DNA from: Petromyzon marinus
Lineage: Eukaryota
Direction: 5' to 3'
DNA: 64,000 bases
Assembly: GCF_048934315.1 (NCBI RefSeq)
Contig: NC_133715.1
Span: 11,009,698 to 11,073,697 of the forward strand
The position numbers and the translations under genes were made by a program. The first letter of the stretch is position 1; each line of letters opens with the position of its first letter. Below, piece after piece: positions 23,401 to 34,393 of the stretch. The notes beneath the pieces were generated by a model. The model worked only from the letters and a program-made list of their open reading frames with translations. It was not told where the DNA came from and did no database searches.

Positions 23401-24174
23401 CGACTACCAGGACGTTCAACCCCTGCCATTGGTGTCTTTTATAGAAACACAATCCTCAATCATTGAACATCGACCAGCTCCGTTCGTGGAGGTGGCTTAT
23501 ATACAAAGAGAGGAAGTGAAGCGGTGACGTGGCAGCAGCTTCATAGAGGTGTATGTTTTGAAATAAAATGCAACACACACAGGGACATGGACTGTGAAAG
23601 TAAACACGCGCAGTATTATTATTATATCGCGATATTACACAGGATTGTTGAACCTTTTGTGTTTCAAGTGTTCTGTTGCATCACACTGTACCGAGCAACA
23701 CATATTGGGAACGAGAGGTGCACGTGTCCGAGTCGATGCCTTTCATCTCACTGTCCCGCACAGATCGTCATTTACATAATTTCAATCAGCGGGGTCTCAT
23801 TGCATGCAGATAACTAGCCTTGAGTGGGTTTTCAATTGCGTCACTTTACAATTAAAATGCCACTTAAACGCATGCCCTACAAAAATAAATATGTAAATAT
23901 TTACAAACAATCGCGAATATTGTTTTTGGGCTAATGAACATGGCGATGAGGGGTGCAAACATTTAGGGCCGGGATCACATCTTGACTAAAATGACCGATG
24001 CACATCAGTGCTCTTGATTTACCCAGGCAAGCCTCACTGAGTCTCAAAACTTGAACTGCGATCATCCTAACCGCGGCTTTTGGCTGGCCATCGAACAGAG
24101 ACAGTGGTCACCACATCGCGTGGCGCTTTCAGATGCGCTTCTGCGGCCGTTTCGAACGCTCTTCCGTCCGATAT

Positions 24175-24335
24175 TAGGAGACCACTGGAGCTACGTACTT
24201 TTAAACCTAGATTCAAAGCTCGTTTCTTTAGAACTGCTTTTTTGTGTCTAGTTTGTTGTCCTTCCCCCGCACCTCCGATTGGCACGGTGGGCTACGTACG
24301 GTGCGATAGAAGTTCAACATCCATACATACACGAC
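24175..24335 (-). mobile_element. SINE-D family copy
   Basis: ttttgtgtctagtttgttgtccttcccccgcacctccgattggcacggtgggctacgtacggtgcgatagaagttcaac is the reverse complement of the SINE-D core. Confidence 0.6.
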
Positions 24336-24684
24336 GTTTGGCTAAGCACATTAAAAAGCTTGCGACCTCGGATGTGGTGGGTAATGTTGAGGGTTCGAGC
24401 ATCCTCATGGGGTTTTGATGTGAAGGCGTTGACGTCTGTGGACGTCGCGACGCACACGGTGGGGGGGGGGGGGGGGCTAGCTCCTCGTCAAAGCAGCGCC
24501 ACACTCCAGGCGGCGCCTCGTGCCAGCATCAAAGGGCTCCGAGAGCTTTTAATGCCCCCGCCCCGCCCCCTGAGACTCACACAAATAAGGGGCCTCGCCA
24601 GCTCAGAGGGATTTTGAATTTAAGCAGTGAACCCAGATGCACGTGTCAAGGTTTTAATGGCCCTCGTTTAATGCAGTAATATGT

Positions 24685-26607
24685 GTGTATGTGTGTATAT
24701 GTGTGTATGTGTGTGTGTATGTGTGTAAGGTGCCTCAAATATTGGAAGAAGTCACCCCCTGTGAGTGGCTGGCTGAAGTGCCATCTGTTGAGGAAGTACT
24801 GAAGGCGATCTGGAGTCTGAGACCAGGAAAGGCAGCGGGCAGAGATGATCTCCCAAGCGAAATGCTGAGGGAGGGTGGCATTTGTGCACAGACTGCCCTA
24901 TATGACATCATAACAACAGTCTGGACCACTGGACGGGTTCTGCAGGATTGGAAGGATGCCCTGGTGGTCCCCCTCTTTAAGAAAGGGGACCGCACAGACT
25001 GTGACAACTACAGCGGCATCTCACTCCTAAGTGTGCCGGGAAAGGTCCTGGCAAGGATTATTCAGCATCGCCTTGCCAGGCACGCTGAGGAGAGGCTTGC
25101 GGAGCCCCAATGTGGTTTTAGGAAAGGGCGGTCCTGCAGAGATGCCATATTTTATGTTCGTCTGCTACAGCAGAGGTGTAGGGAATTCCAGCAAGACCTA
25201 CATCTCTGTTTTATTGACCTGGTCAAGGCCTATGATACCATCAGTAGGCCTGGGCTCTGGGTTGTTCTTCGTGCTTTTGGAGTACCTGACCCTCTGCTCA
25301 CGATCATTAAGGACCTTCATGATGGTGAGCGGGCCCGGGTAAAACTACGTGTCCGGGAGTCAGAGCCATTCCCTGTACACCTTGGGGTGCGACAGGGATG
25401 CCCTCTGGCTCCCACATTATTTTACATTTATTTTGACCACGTAGTTCGTGAAGCCTTCAATAGCTGTACCGGGGAAATCTCCATATGGTACAGATATAAT
25501 GGGAGGCTGATCGATGCCCGGGTGCGGTCAAGGGATGGCTCTCTATTGCTCAACCACGTTATGTATACCGATGATTTGGTAATAGCTGCTCATTCAGAGA
25601 TGGAGTTGGAGACGCTGCTGCTGAGACTGGAGCGTGCCACTAAGAGGTGGGGCCTTACCATCAGCCCCACCAAAACTAAGCACCTGCCTGGGTATTTTGT
25701 ACCATCGGACACTCCACCCCCACAACTCCCAATCGGTGATGGGGCAGTTGTGGAGAGAGTGGAAAGTTTCCCATACCTGGGCAGTGTGCTTATGACCGGC
25801 TCCAGTTTAACAGCGGAGGTTTCACTCCGAATAAGTCGAGCGGCATTATCTTTTCATCGGTTGCGTAACGCTGTGTGGAAGCTACCTGGTCTGTCGCTCC
25901 GCACTAAGCTTCAGGTCTTCTCGGCCACGGTCATTCCCTCCCTTCTCTACGCTTGCGAAACGTGGACCCCCCTAATGGAACATCTTCGCCGGTTAGAAAC
26001 ATTTAGGCTAGCCTGCCTACGATCCATCCTGGGTCGAACCAGGCTGGATTGTGTGAGGAGCTCACAAATCCTTGAAAGATCTGGGCAAGGTCCCATCGGT
26101 GAGCTCCTCCGGCAGGCAAGGCTGCGTTGGCTGGGTCATGTAGCCCGCATGCCCAGCCACCGCATGCCGAAACAGCTTTTGTTCGGCCGGATCGAGGGGG
26201 CTAAACGGGCGCGACACGGGCTAGAGAAGGGATGGAGTGATGTGGTACAGGAGGACGTGGAGCTGAGTGGACTTGCCGATGACTGGTACCAGCGGTGTCA
26301 AGATCGGCCTCTGTGGAGGAGGCTCGTGAAGGACGCTACTGGGCAGTTGGAGGTAGTCACCCTCAAACAACAACGGAGGGCGGAGGAGCGACGCTCACAA
26401 CAGCGAGCGGAGCGCCGGGTGGCTAAAGCACAGCAGGTTGGCACAGTAGGGGGCACAGGTGGTGCATCAGCCAGTCATCTTAGTCAGTCGACCCGTGGCA
26501 CTTGGGTCTGCCCCGTGACCTCCTGCCCGCGGGCGTTCGACACTTCACGTGGCCTCAGGGTGCACACAGCCTGGCACAAGCGTCGTGGTGACGTCACCGC
26601 CACTTAG
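24685..26607 (+). CDS. LINE ORF2 reverse transcriptase (RT domain plus C-terminal region with a C2H2-like zinc finger)
   Basis: Motifs FIDLVKAYDTISRPGLW, YTDDLVIAAHS and LRWLGHVARM...GRIEG...DRPLWRRLV, plus the terminal CPVTSCPRAFDTSRGLRVHTAWH. Confidence 0.85.
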   Translation: MYVCICVYVCVYVCKVPQILEEVTPCEWLAEVPSVEEVLKAIWSLRPGKAAGRDDLPSEMLREGGICAQTALYDIITTVWTTGRVLQDWKDALVVPLFKKGDRTDCDNYSGISLLSVPGKVLARIIQHRLARHAEERLAEPQCGFRKGRSCRDAIFYVRLLQQRCREFQQDLHLCFIDLVKAYDTISRPGLWVVLRAFGVPDPLLTIIKDLHDGERARVKLRVRESEPFPVHLGVRQGCPLAPTLFYIYFDHVVREAFNSCTGEISIWYRYNGRLIDARVRSRDGSLLLNHVMYTDDLVIAAHSEMELETLLLRLERATKRWGLTISPTKTKHLPGYFVPSDTPPPQLPIGDGAVVERVESFPYLGSVLMTGSSLTAEVSLRISRAALSFHRLRNAVWKLPGLSLRTKLQVFSATVIPSLLYACETWTPLMEHLRRLETFRLACLRSILGRTRLDCVRSSQILERSGQGPIGELLRQARLRWLGHVARMPSHRMPKQLLFGRIEGAKRARHGLEKGWSDVVQEDVELSGLADDWYQRCQDRPLWRRLVKDATGQLEVVTLKQQRRAEERRSQQRAERRVAKAQQVGTVGGTGGASASHLSQSTRGTWVCPVTSCPRAFDTSRGLRVHTAWHKRRGDVTAT

Positions 26608-26660
26608 TGGCGAATGGCGGTTGTTGTTGTTGATATGTGTATGCAGTGTGTGTATGTGTG
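24685..26660 (+). mobile_element. 5'-truncated non-LTR retrotransposon (LINE; CR1/L2/RTE-group ORF2) with microsatellite 3' tail
   Basis: 640-aa ORF with RT motifs. No apurinic endonuclease domain upstream (ORF begins at a (TGTGTGTA)n tract). The 3' end is followed by a TG-rich tail at 26608-26690. Confidence 0.85.
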
Positions 26661-28374
26661 TGTCCAAGTGATGTTTTGCTCACATTAGCATGAAGGCAAA
26701 GCGCATCTCCTGCTTACAGCCCTCAGCCAGTGGTGGGAATTCCACATTCCTATGACAGGGGCGAGTTTATCTACAGGACACCCACTGTTAATTTCCCCAC
26801 AAAGTGGTTGTTTTATCGACCCGGGAGGGATGATTGATCCTGGAGGAGTAACAAATGAAAATGATTGTTTCGTCGGATTTGATAGTACTTATAATGTAAT
26901 GATTGTAATATTTTCACGAAATTGCAAGTGGGATTTTTGTTTGTATTTTAAACCATCATCATCATCGCCATACTGTATTATATATATCGTTCCTTCCATA
27001 CACGAATAATGCTCGGAGGTGCCCTGTATTTTCCTCCAAGGTCACTCTGCCAAGAGACACATTATCTCTGTGAGATCTCAATTGGGGATATCATCTGATG
27101 GACTGGAGTATGCTCGTGATCGGTAAACATAAATGGGACGCAGAGGCTCGAAGTGCAATCATTCATCGTTATCAAATACTCTTACACATCTCAAATTAGT
27201 TATTTTAAACAAATGCAGGAGATGTTAATATTGAATAAACCTTGTTAATTTTAGCCTCTACATTTTTATTCTCCGAGTAATACTAGTCCGATATGACTCA
27301 TGCGAAACGAACAAAAACATTTTGGATCCAAACTGGTATATCTATAGCGTTGTCCAGATGTCTTGTGAGCCCCATTTAATTCTCTCAAACGTAATGTCTT
27401 TTTAAAGTAAGGTTTATTTATAACATAAACGAAAATGCAAAGGGGAAAACGAGTGAGGGGTTAATTAATTGGGGGTCATAATACATCTGGACCCTCCTGT
27501 ACGTCTCATTATGGGAATTTTATAATCCACAAATCGGCAACACGTCTAAGGCTACGTGGTAAACGGACGTCTATCTCGACTCACCACTCAGATTTATCTC
27601 TAGCTGGAAATCGAACGAAGGTCAACGGATTCGTCGCGCGGTGATTAAAACAACCGCACCACCGCTCTCGATCCCCCTCCCAGCCCTGATAACTGAAGGG
27701 GCCACGAATATTCATTCCGTGTGAGCCTCATCACGAGCTCATCAACAAAGGCGTCGAGAACAGAGGACTGCCACCCTCCCTCCCTCCTCTCTCCCGTCGC
27801 TCAGAGTCTTCGAGCATTCACATTTACATTCACCACAAACAGCAGCAGCAGCAGCGAGGCACTTGAAGGCTTTGACGGCTTGAAATTTCAATTACGATCG
27901 TTTGATGGTGGTTTGTCGGCCGCCCCTTTCCAAAGCCGACGGCCGCTTTCATGTTTAAATTACACGCCCGCGAATACACAATCTCTGACGAGCCCCTGTG
28001 TTCCAGGCCAAGGGGTTGAAAAGAGATTCGCCAGCAATTATCTTCTCGATTCGTATTGCCGATATTAAATGGATGTAATGGGCTACATTGTCATTGTCGC
28101 CTCTGGCAATGAATAATGAAGCGGCATTAAATGGTATGTGTTCATGCGTACACGGCGCGGACAGACGCGGCTTAGCGCCACCTCGCCGTCAACACGACAG
28201 TTAAACAATCAAATTGATGAAAAATAAAGGAATAGGCTTTAGCCTTTATGGCAACAAAACAAGAGGTATTAAGCTGTTCAAACACCAAATAGATTCCTAT
28301 TGCAAGGCATCAAGTCTGCATTAACCACACATACCTGGTCCATAGATAAATCATCAAAAGCACGGGACAGCATA

Positions 28375-28625
28375 CTCTTGGTTATATTCGGTAAAGTCAC
28401 GTAGGTAAAAAAATAAAACAACAAAAATCACGACGTTTCGGCCACAACACAAGCGGCCTTCATCAGGTGAAGGCCGCGTGTGTTGTTCATCAGGTGAAGG
28501 CCGCTTGTGTTGTGGCCGAAACGTCGTGATTTTTGTTGTTTTATTTTTTTCTACCTACGTGACTTTACCGAATAGAACCAAGAGTATGGATCCTTGCAGT
28601 CACGAAAGCTTCAAATCTACACGTG
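28375..28625. repeat. Compact hairpin (inverted dimer) of PLE terminal-repeat family 1
   Basis: Left arm 28381-28478 is the reverse complement of right arm 28484-28620. Terminal boxes cggtaaagtcacgtag / ctacgtgactttaccg at both ends. Confidence 0.8.
28425..28478 (-). ncRNA. Minimal hammerhead ribozyme core (intact on minus strand only)
   Basis: Minus strand reads cacCUGAUGA-aGGCCGCuuguguuGUGGCC-GAAAC-GUCgugau. The top-strand right arm reads caucagguga at the equivalent position, so it lacks CUGANGA. Confidence 0.5.
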
Positions 28626-28964
28626 ACAGCAGTGAAAGGTAAAGGCGCAACCCTGCAACTGCTTGCTCACCGCCACTGCTCCACAAGAGGGAGCTCTGTC
28701 CCTCTAGCCTCGTCGAAAATTGGCCGAGCCTTCCACACTGGTTAGACTCTTAAACTATGTAGATGTGCCCACACTTTACCCTACCAAACTGCTGGGTGAA
28801 CAGAGGCGGGGGCAATCACCAAACAAGCGTGCCCATTGGCTCAAATGCCGCCCCGGGAGATTGAACCGCCACCTTCCCTGGATTGCAAATTCCATTTTCA
28901 AGTTAATTTTGTTTAACCATGTGAGAACTCCAGAGACCAGAATCTCAATTAAAGAAATCTAAAA

Positions 28965-29095
28965 CTTTTTTATTTACCAGGTAAGGCCCACTGAGCTATA
29001 TAGCCCTGTTTTAGAAGCAACCTGGCCACAAATGATAGCTCAATGAAGTGGCTTATCACGTGGAAATTTATAACAGCCAAATACTCTGAACGCAA
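28965..29095 (-). mobile_element. SINE-A (Deu-domain-like tRNA SINE) 3' part
   Basis: Reverse complement matches the SINE-A tail ...tggccaggttgcttctaaaacagggctatatagctcagtgggccttacctggtaaataaaaaa. Confidence 0.55.
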
Positions 29096-29324
29096 GAGTG
29101 ATCTGGACATTATTTTTTTTATTTAAGTGCACAGATGTTGACATCTATTTTGCAAGTCCAGTGTGCTGACCATTCACACCTCGGCAGCTCCTACTAGAGC
29201 AGCAGGAGACGAGATATTTTCCGAACCTACAAAAAGCATCGGGTACCAATCTCTACCCAGCGTGTGCCAGTATCTCACGTGCATTCCCGAGTGCAAAAAC
29301 ATTTCACTTGCTCAACATTATATT

Positions 29325-29470
29325 CTTGGTTCTTTCGGTAAAGTCACGTAGAAGGGAAACAATGAAAACATAATAAATACTTTATATAATACTATTTTAT
29401 TTTATTATTTCCCTTATACGTGACTTTACCGAAAGAACCAAGAATATAATCCCTGCAGTCACGAAAGCTT
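29325..29470. repeat. Short palindromic derivative of PLE terminal-repeat family 1 lacking the ribozyme core (MITE-like hairpin)
   Basis: cttggttctttcggtaaagtcacgtagaagggaaa...tttcccttatacgtgactttaccgaaagaaccaag. Similar core-deleted hairpins at 37715-37860 and 39495-39590. Confidence 0.7.
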
Positions 29471-32400
29471 TAAATCAAAAATTGATCAACATTATTAAAG
29501 AGAGTTTTCACTTGCTCCGGTGGTGTTAAGTTGGTGGTTAAGCCAAGACTCCATTAACAAGGTCTGTGAACCGCACGAAAGCTGCACATCTTTTCCTGGA
29601 GGTCGTGCCTCGTGTGGTCTCAACTGTACCAGCATCGATTCGTTATCGAAACAAGAGCTTAACGCCTTCCAATCAACCGATAACACAAGTGCGCTTTTAC
29701 TCGGCACTGAAAAACCAGAGGCAGAGTTTGCTTCCTTCGCACGCATCCGATTAGCACGGTTGGCAACGTACGGTGCGAAAGAAGTTCATGCAATCATACA
29801 TGCGCCGCAGAGGCACGGATGTGGGCAACTTGTCATCATTGTGACCGTTCTCAAAACGGGTCATTCAATTTTACAGAGACGCTGTCGTGTTAAGCCATGG
29901 CGCCCCATAGAGGGCACCAAGGAAGTGGGGGCAGGTGAGGTTGGTCTTACCAGATTCCCTGTCTCTATTTAGCGATGTATTTCTCTCTGTCTGCACTCTG
30001 TTTCTCTTTCTGTGTTTCTCTGTACCTGTAAGTGGTTAGCTTTTTGCATCTGTCTCACAAGCTCTCTAAAGGACATATCCAGGTAATTCGTTAATAAAAA
30101 AAAGAAATCACTTAAATAATGAAAATTAAACATAAATTATGTTTTCTCTCTGACGCTGTATCTCTCTGTGTCTCTCTACGTTTCACTACGTCTGCACATT
30201 TTCAGAATGCCTCATACTATTATGCCACCACTGAATAGTAAGCCCGCTTGGTTTGTGAACTGGGAGAATGGGCTGAGTCAAGATTCCCACGCCACGTTTA
30301 CCCCGTGAAGTGAGCTCAAACCAGGCCTTGTGGCCCACTTTAACTCGGTCGTGTAGCTCACTTTACTCCCTTGGCAAATTGTTCAATCCACCAAATAATC
30401 CACGCGACCCACACGGCCTGGGGAGGCCCTCATCCAGAAGTGGACTAACTCCAAGCTCTACGCGTATTATTATCACAGCAGGAATTCAGCAGTAAGAAAT
30501 ATTCCAAACAGGGTTGAGTATAAATCATTCCCAAGCATCCTCCTGCATCTCACAATGCAGACCAATTCAATTCCACGTTCAGGCCAATACTTAAAACTAT
30601 CCAGTTTTACTGATCTGATGCATAATCTGGTTTTCCTTGCCAATGACATCTGCATGTCAATGTAGATTAGCAAGCTTGGCTACGTACGATGCGAAATAAG
30701 TTCTACATACATACATATATACAATATAGATATATACAAGACAGAGAGCTGGTACACTCGCACCTTCGTGATTTTAAGCTACCTCCGTGCTGCGTGTGTC
30801 CCATCGATATTGTAGAGCCTTGATGCCTGCCGCGTAGGATTCTTCACCACTCGAACAACACTTCTGCTCACGAGCCATGGATTACCAAACTGCACAGTAG
30901 CACAACCTCCTGTAAGATTCATCTGTCTTCACTGTTTCCTTCACCTGAACCTTCGCTGCCCAACACGACCACACTGGTCACCATTACCTCGGGAATACCC
31001 AGACTGCTTGTCCCTCACAGAGGAGTTCCCCGAATTGACACCGCCACTCGAGACATTTCAGCAGTGGCCTGTGATTATTATACAATGATCTTGAACAGTG
31101 TTCTTCACTCATTTTCAGTGGGGGAGGGGGGGGGGGTTCACTTTCGCCGATAACGCATCATCAGTGTGAGGACCGCCACACAATTTGAAACGATTGGCGG
31201 TTTGACAGCAGCACGACGATGACGGGCGGTGTGTCCACTCGCTGTGTCTTGTCGGGGCCGCACGCCAGGGGCCGCACTGAAGGCCCTCAGGGACTGCCAG
31301 TGGCCCGTGGGGCCTTGCACTGAAGAGCGCTGCTCTAGAACATCAAGTGGAGATTCAATTTGACGGTAGGAGATTACCCAAGACCATACACACTAATTGA
31401 TCAAATATAAGTTCGTAAAGGAAATGTGTTTCATGTTTAAGTAAAGAGATAATTATAAGGTTACAGAGCTCTGCCAAAAATCTGCAAAGGCAAAAAAAGT
31501 TAAATATTCTAAGAAAGTTTTACAATTCTTTGTTCCATGCCCCGATAAATGAGTGGATTTCATTTTCGTCTAATGGTGAAATAATGGGATAAATTACAAG
31601 CCATGTGGAACTTGAAATGGGCAAAGTTTGAAGCAACATGCAGGAAACATTGCACTATTGTAATTACAAACAACAACAACTAGATGTCTGCATGAGTGCT
31701 TCCTTGTCAAAATACATAAATTGGAAGATCACTTCAATTCACCCTTTCATTATCGGGAATCTCTGACGACGGCATTCGAGCATGAGATTTAGATGACCAC
31801 AACTTCTGCGCGTGATATATTGTGGCAATAGCTTTCATCTGTAATTTAAATCCATTTTTTAATAAAGGCTTAAAAGTGAAACATTTTAAATTATACGTGT
31901 AAATCAGCATCTTTAAAATCGAAAAGTTGATTGAGAAATTATGTTTTCTATTAATATAACGCCAAGCATGCATTTGTAAGATACTCATCAGCGCATTCTC
32001 ATCTGCGTTCATCCTCTCATGCATTCGAATATAAATGGCTTAGCATGCTGAGCCAGCTATACCTTGCCGTTGCTTGCACCTTATATTTAAATCCTGAATT
32101 AATGAAACTAGCAAATGTAACCACTAATTCGCTGTGTGACTGCCATTATGTGGAGCGATGACATCACACTGCCCCTCTTTATTACTCTCACTTACCCAGA
32201 AAAAAAATCCAATCATCCTACAATAGACAAGAAATATGCCAAGAGTAAGGAAGGACTTTAATTTTAGTCGTTAGATTTTAGACGTTTCTTGTAACGTGTC
32301 ACATTTTCACACTTAGGCTTCACATTGCTTCATTTTTATCACAATTCCATACAAATGAGCCCCCGTAGATAACCAAATGTTAAACTGTGCAGCACGTCAG

Positions 32401-33334
32401 TGGCGAGTGATGTGTGAACCAGGCCGAGGCCCACGTGGCCTTCACCAACCCCAACTGGCCAACACGGGGAGGTCTTCATCCAGCAGCACAATGACAAAGG
32501 GTCCATAAACGATTTCATAATAATTGCCATGACTGCATTTAAAAGAACACGGTGCTGTTAATGAGAACACGTGGGTGGAGCTGTATAAGGTGTGACGGTC
32601 TGCATGGTGTTATCTTCGCTGGCTTCATTAGAACAAGTTGACCAGCTGCTGATCTTTGGAGCATTCGCCTGCTGTTTTATAATTAACTCTTTTCCCATGG
32701 GAAGCCAACAGCTCTAATTTCGCTGCCAGGTAAAACCCGAAAGAATTAATCACAAGCATTTTTTTCCTATGCATTTTTTTAATTATATGTATTAAAAATA
32801 AGTCAAAATGCATGCGTTCTCAAATGAGCATGGGGCACTACTCATCTCCATTGGTGACCCTGAGCTGTCATCACCATCATCATTTATGATCTATCCACCA
32901 CTGCGTGAATTCCAATGCCGTCGCCATATCACAGTCATGCGATGCAACAATTCACATTGGCTCCCGCACACAAGCTGATTTATTTCAGTGCCTTGCTTAC
33001 ATTTTCTCTACGTTTCACTCCTATCGGTTTGTTGTACTGTTTGTTGTTGTAACTTGCTGACCAGACCCCTACTGAGCTTTGTAGCTCATCGGCTTCCTCC
33101 AGGATGAATAAATATTCTTATTCTGATTTAATTGATCCGTCACTGCAGTTGGCGTCCTTGAGGAGGTGTTTCCTCATTTGTCTGCCACTCCATCACCAAG
33201 CTCGACTACCAGCTGTAAACTGTTCCTGCCATATAAATGTGGAATTTCCATCAGTGGGCTCAGGTCCTTGTTGTTTTACTGAATTTTAATTATCTGTAAC
33301 TTGTAGTGGTCCGAGAGCCTCAATGTGAGCTCGG

Positions 33335-33400
33335 CTTGAGCCATGGAGGCAAATGTTAACTACCTCGCCTGGTATACAGGAGGTCGTGAGTTTTTGTCCC
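33335..33400 (+). mobile_element. SINE-A head fragment abutting a LINE 3' fragment
   Basis: ggaggcaaatgttaactacctcgcctggtatacaggaggtcgtgagtttttgtcccgacc matches SINE-A heads at 43152 and 61686. Confidence 0.5.
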
Positions 33401-33976
33401 GACCTCTCTGTCTCTCTCTCTGTGGTCGCCCCCAAGTGGAAACAAATGTACAAGTCTCCCGTAGCCAAACGCTGCGGTGACCTCCAGTGGAGGTTGGCAC
33501 ACTGCACGTTGCCATCGGCTGTGTGGCTCAGCCAAATCTCACCAGGGGTAACAGACTTGTGCATTTCCTGCGGTGCCAGGGAGGATCTGCCCCACCAGTA
33601 CTTACGTTGCCAGCGGCTCAAACCAATGTTCCGCCTTTTGGGGGACATGTTCAGGAAACTGGGGGTACCCTTCTACAACAGCAGCTTCGTATATGGGGTG
33701 CCTTACCTGGCTGACAAGCGCCATGACCTCGCCAACTTCGACTGTGCTCGGGCGAAGTTGTCGGTGTACAGAACGAGGAAAAAGACGCTGGAAGGTGACA
33801 CTGACTACTGCTCTGTGCTTCTAGTGTTCAGGGGCCTGCTTAAGGCGCGGCTCCGGCTGGAGCACGCCACGTACCACATACATGTCGGTGATGTGCACGT
33901 CTTCGTCGAACGCTGGGGAGCCGGAAAAGCCCCTCTCTGTACCAGCGTGGACGGCACCCTCGTGTTCACCTTCTGA
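33353..33976 (+). pseudogene. CR1/L2-like LINE ORF2 C-terminal fragment (CCHC zinc-knuckle region)
   Basis: ...LQWRLAHCTLPSAVWLSQI...CISCGAREDLPHQYLRCQRLKPMF... This is the C-x2-C-x8-H-x4-C motif of CR1-type ORF2 C-termini. There is no RT upstream. Confidence 0.6.
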
Positions 33977-34194
33977 AGCGCTCGCTCGCTCGCTCGTCAC
34001 CGTGGCGTGCGCGATGACCACCACCACCACCACGTTACTTTTATTTCGTCTTGTGCGCGCTGCATTTAGCGCCACAGTGCATGGATTTATAGCGATTATT
34101 AATTTGTTTGTTGGTGACTGTATTTCATATCGGAATCGCCTCCAGTGCTGTTGCTGCTGGCGGCAATAAAAGTTGTTTAAAAGTCAAAGGTCTC

Positions 34195-34393
34195 TGTGGT
34201 CGTGAGGAATTTTCTCCAGGTCCTCCGGATTTTCCTTCCACATTTAGAAACATGCATTTAAAGTATTTGGCTGTTATACATTCCCACATGGTAAGTCACT
34301 TCGTTGAGCTATCATTTGTGGCCAGGTTGCTTCTGAAAAGTAGTTTTATAGCTCAGTGGGCATTACCTGGTAAAATAAAAACAAAATTAGTTT
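34195..34393 (+). mobile_element. SINE-A copy (5'-truncated)
   Basis: ...tttctccaggtcctccggattttccttccacatttagaaacatgcatttaaagtatttggctg...gtggccaggttgcttctgaaaag...cctggtaaaataaaaac. Confidence 0.6.

Noticed and set aside
22156-23429. Multiple 100-300-aa ORFs in the GC-rich island
   Set aside because: Five frames are open simultaneously. The ORFs are Arg/Ala/Pro/Gly low-complexity with a 23-bp tandem repeat inside, which is typical of non-coding high-GC DNA.
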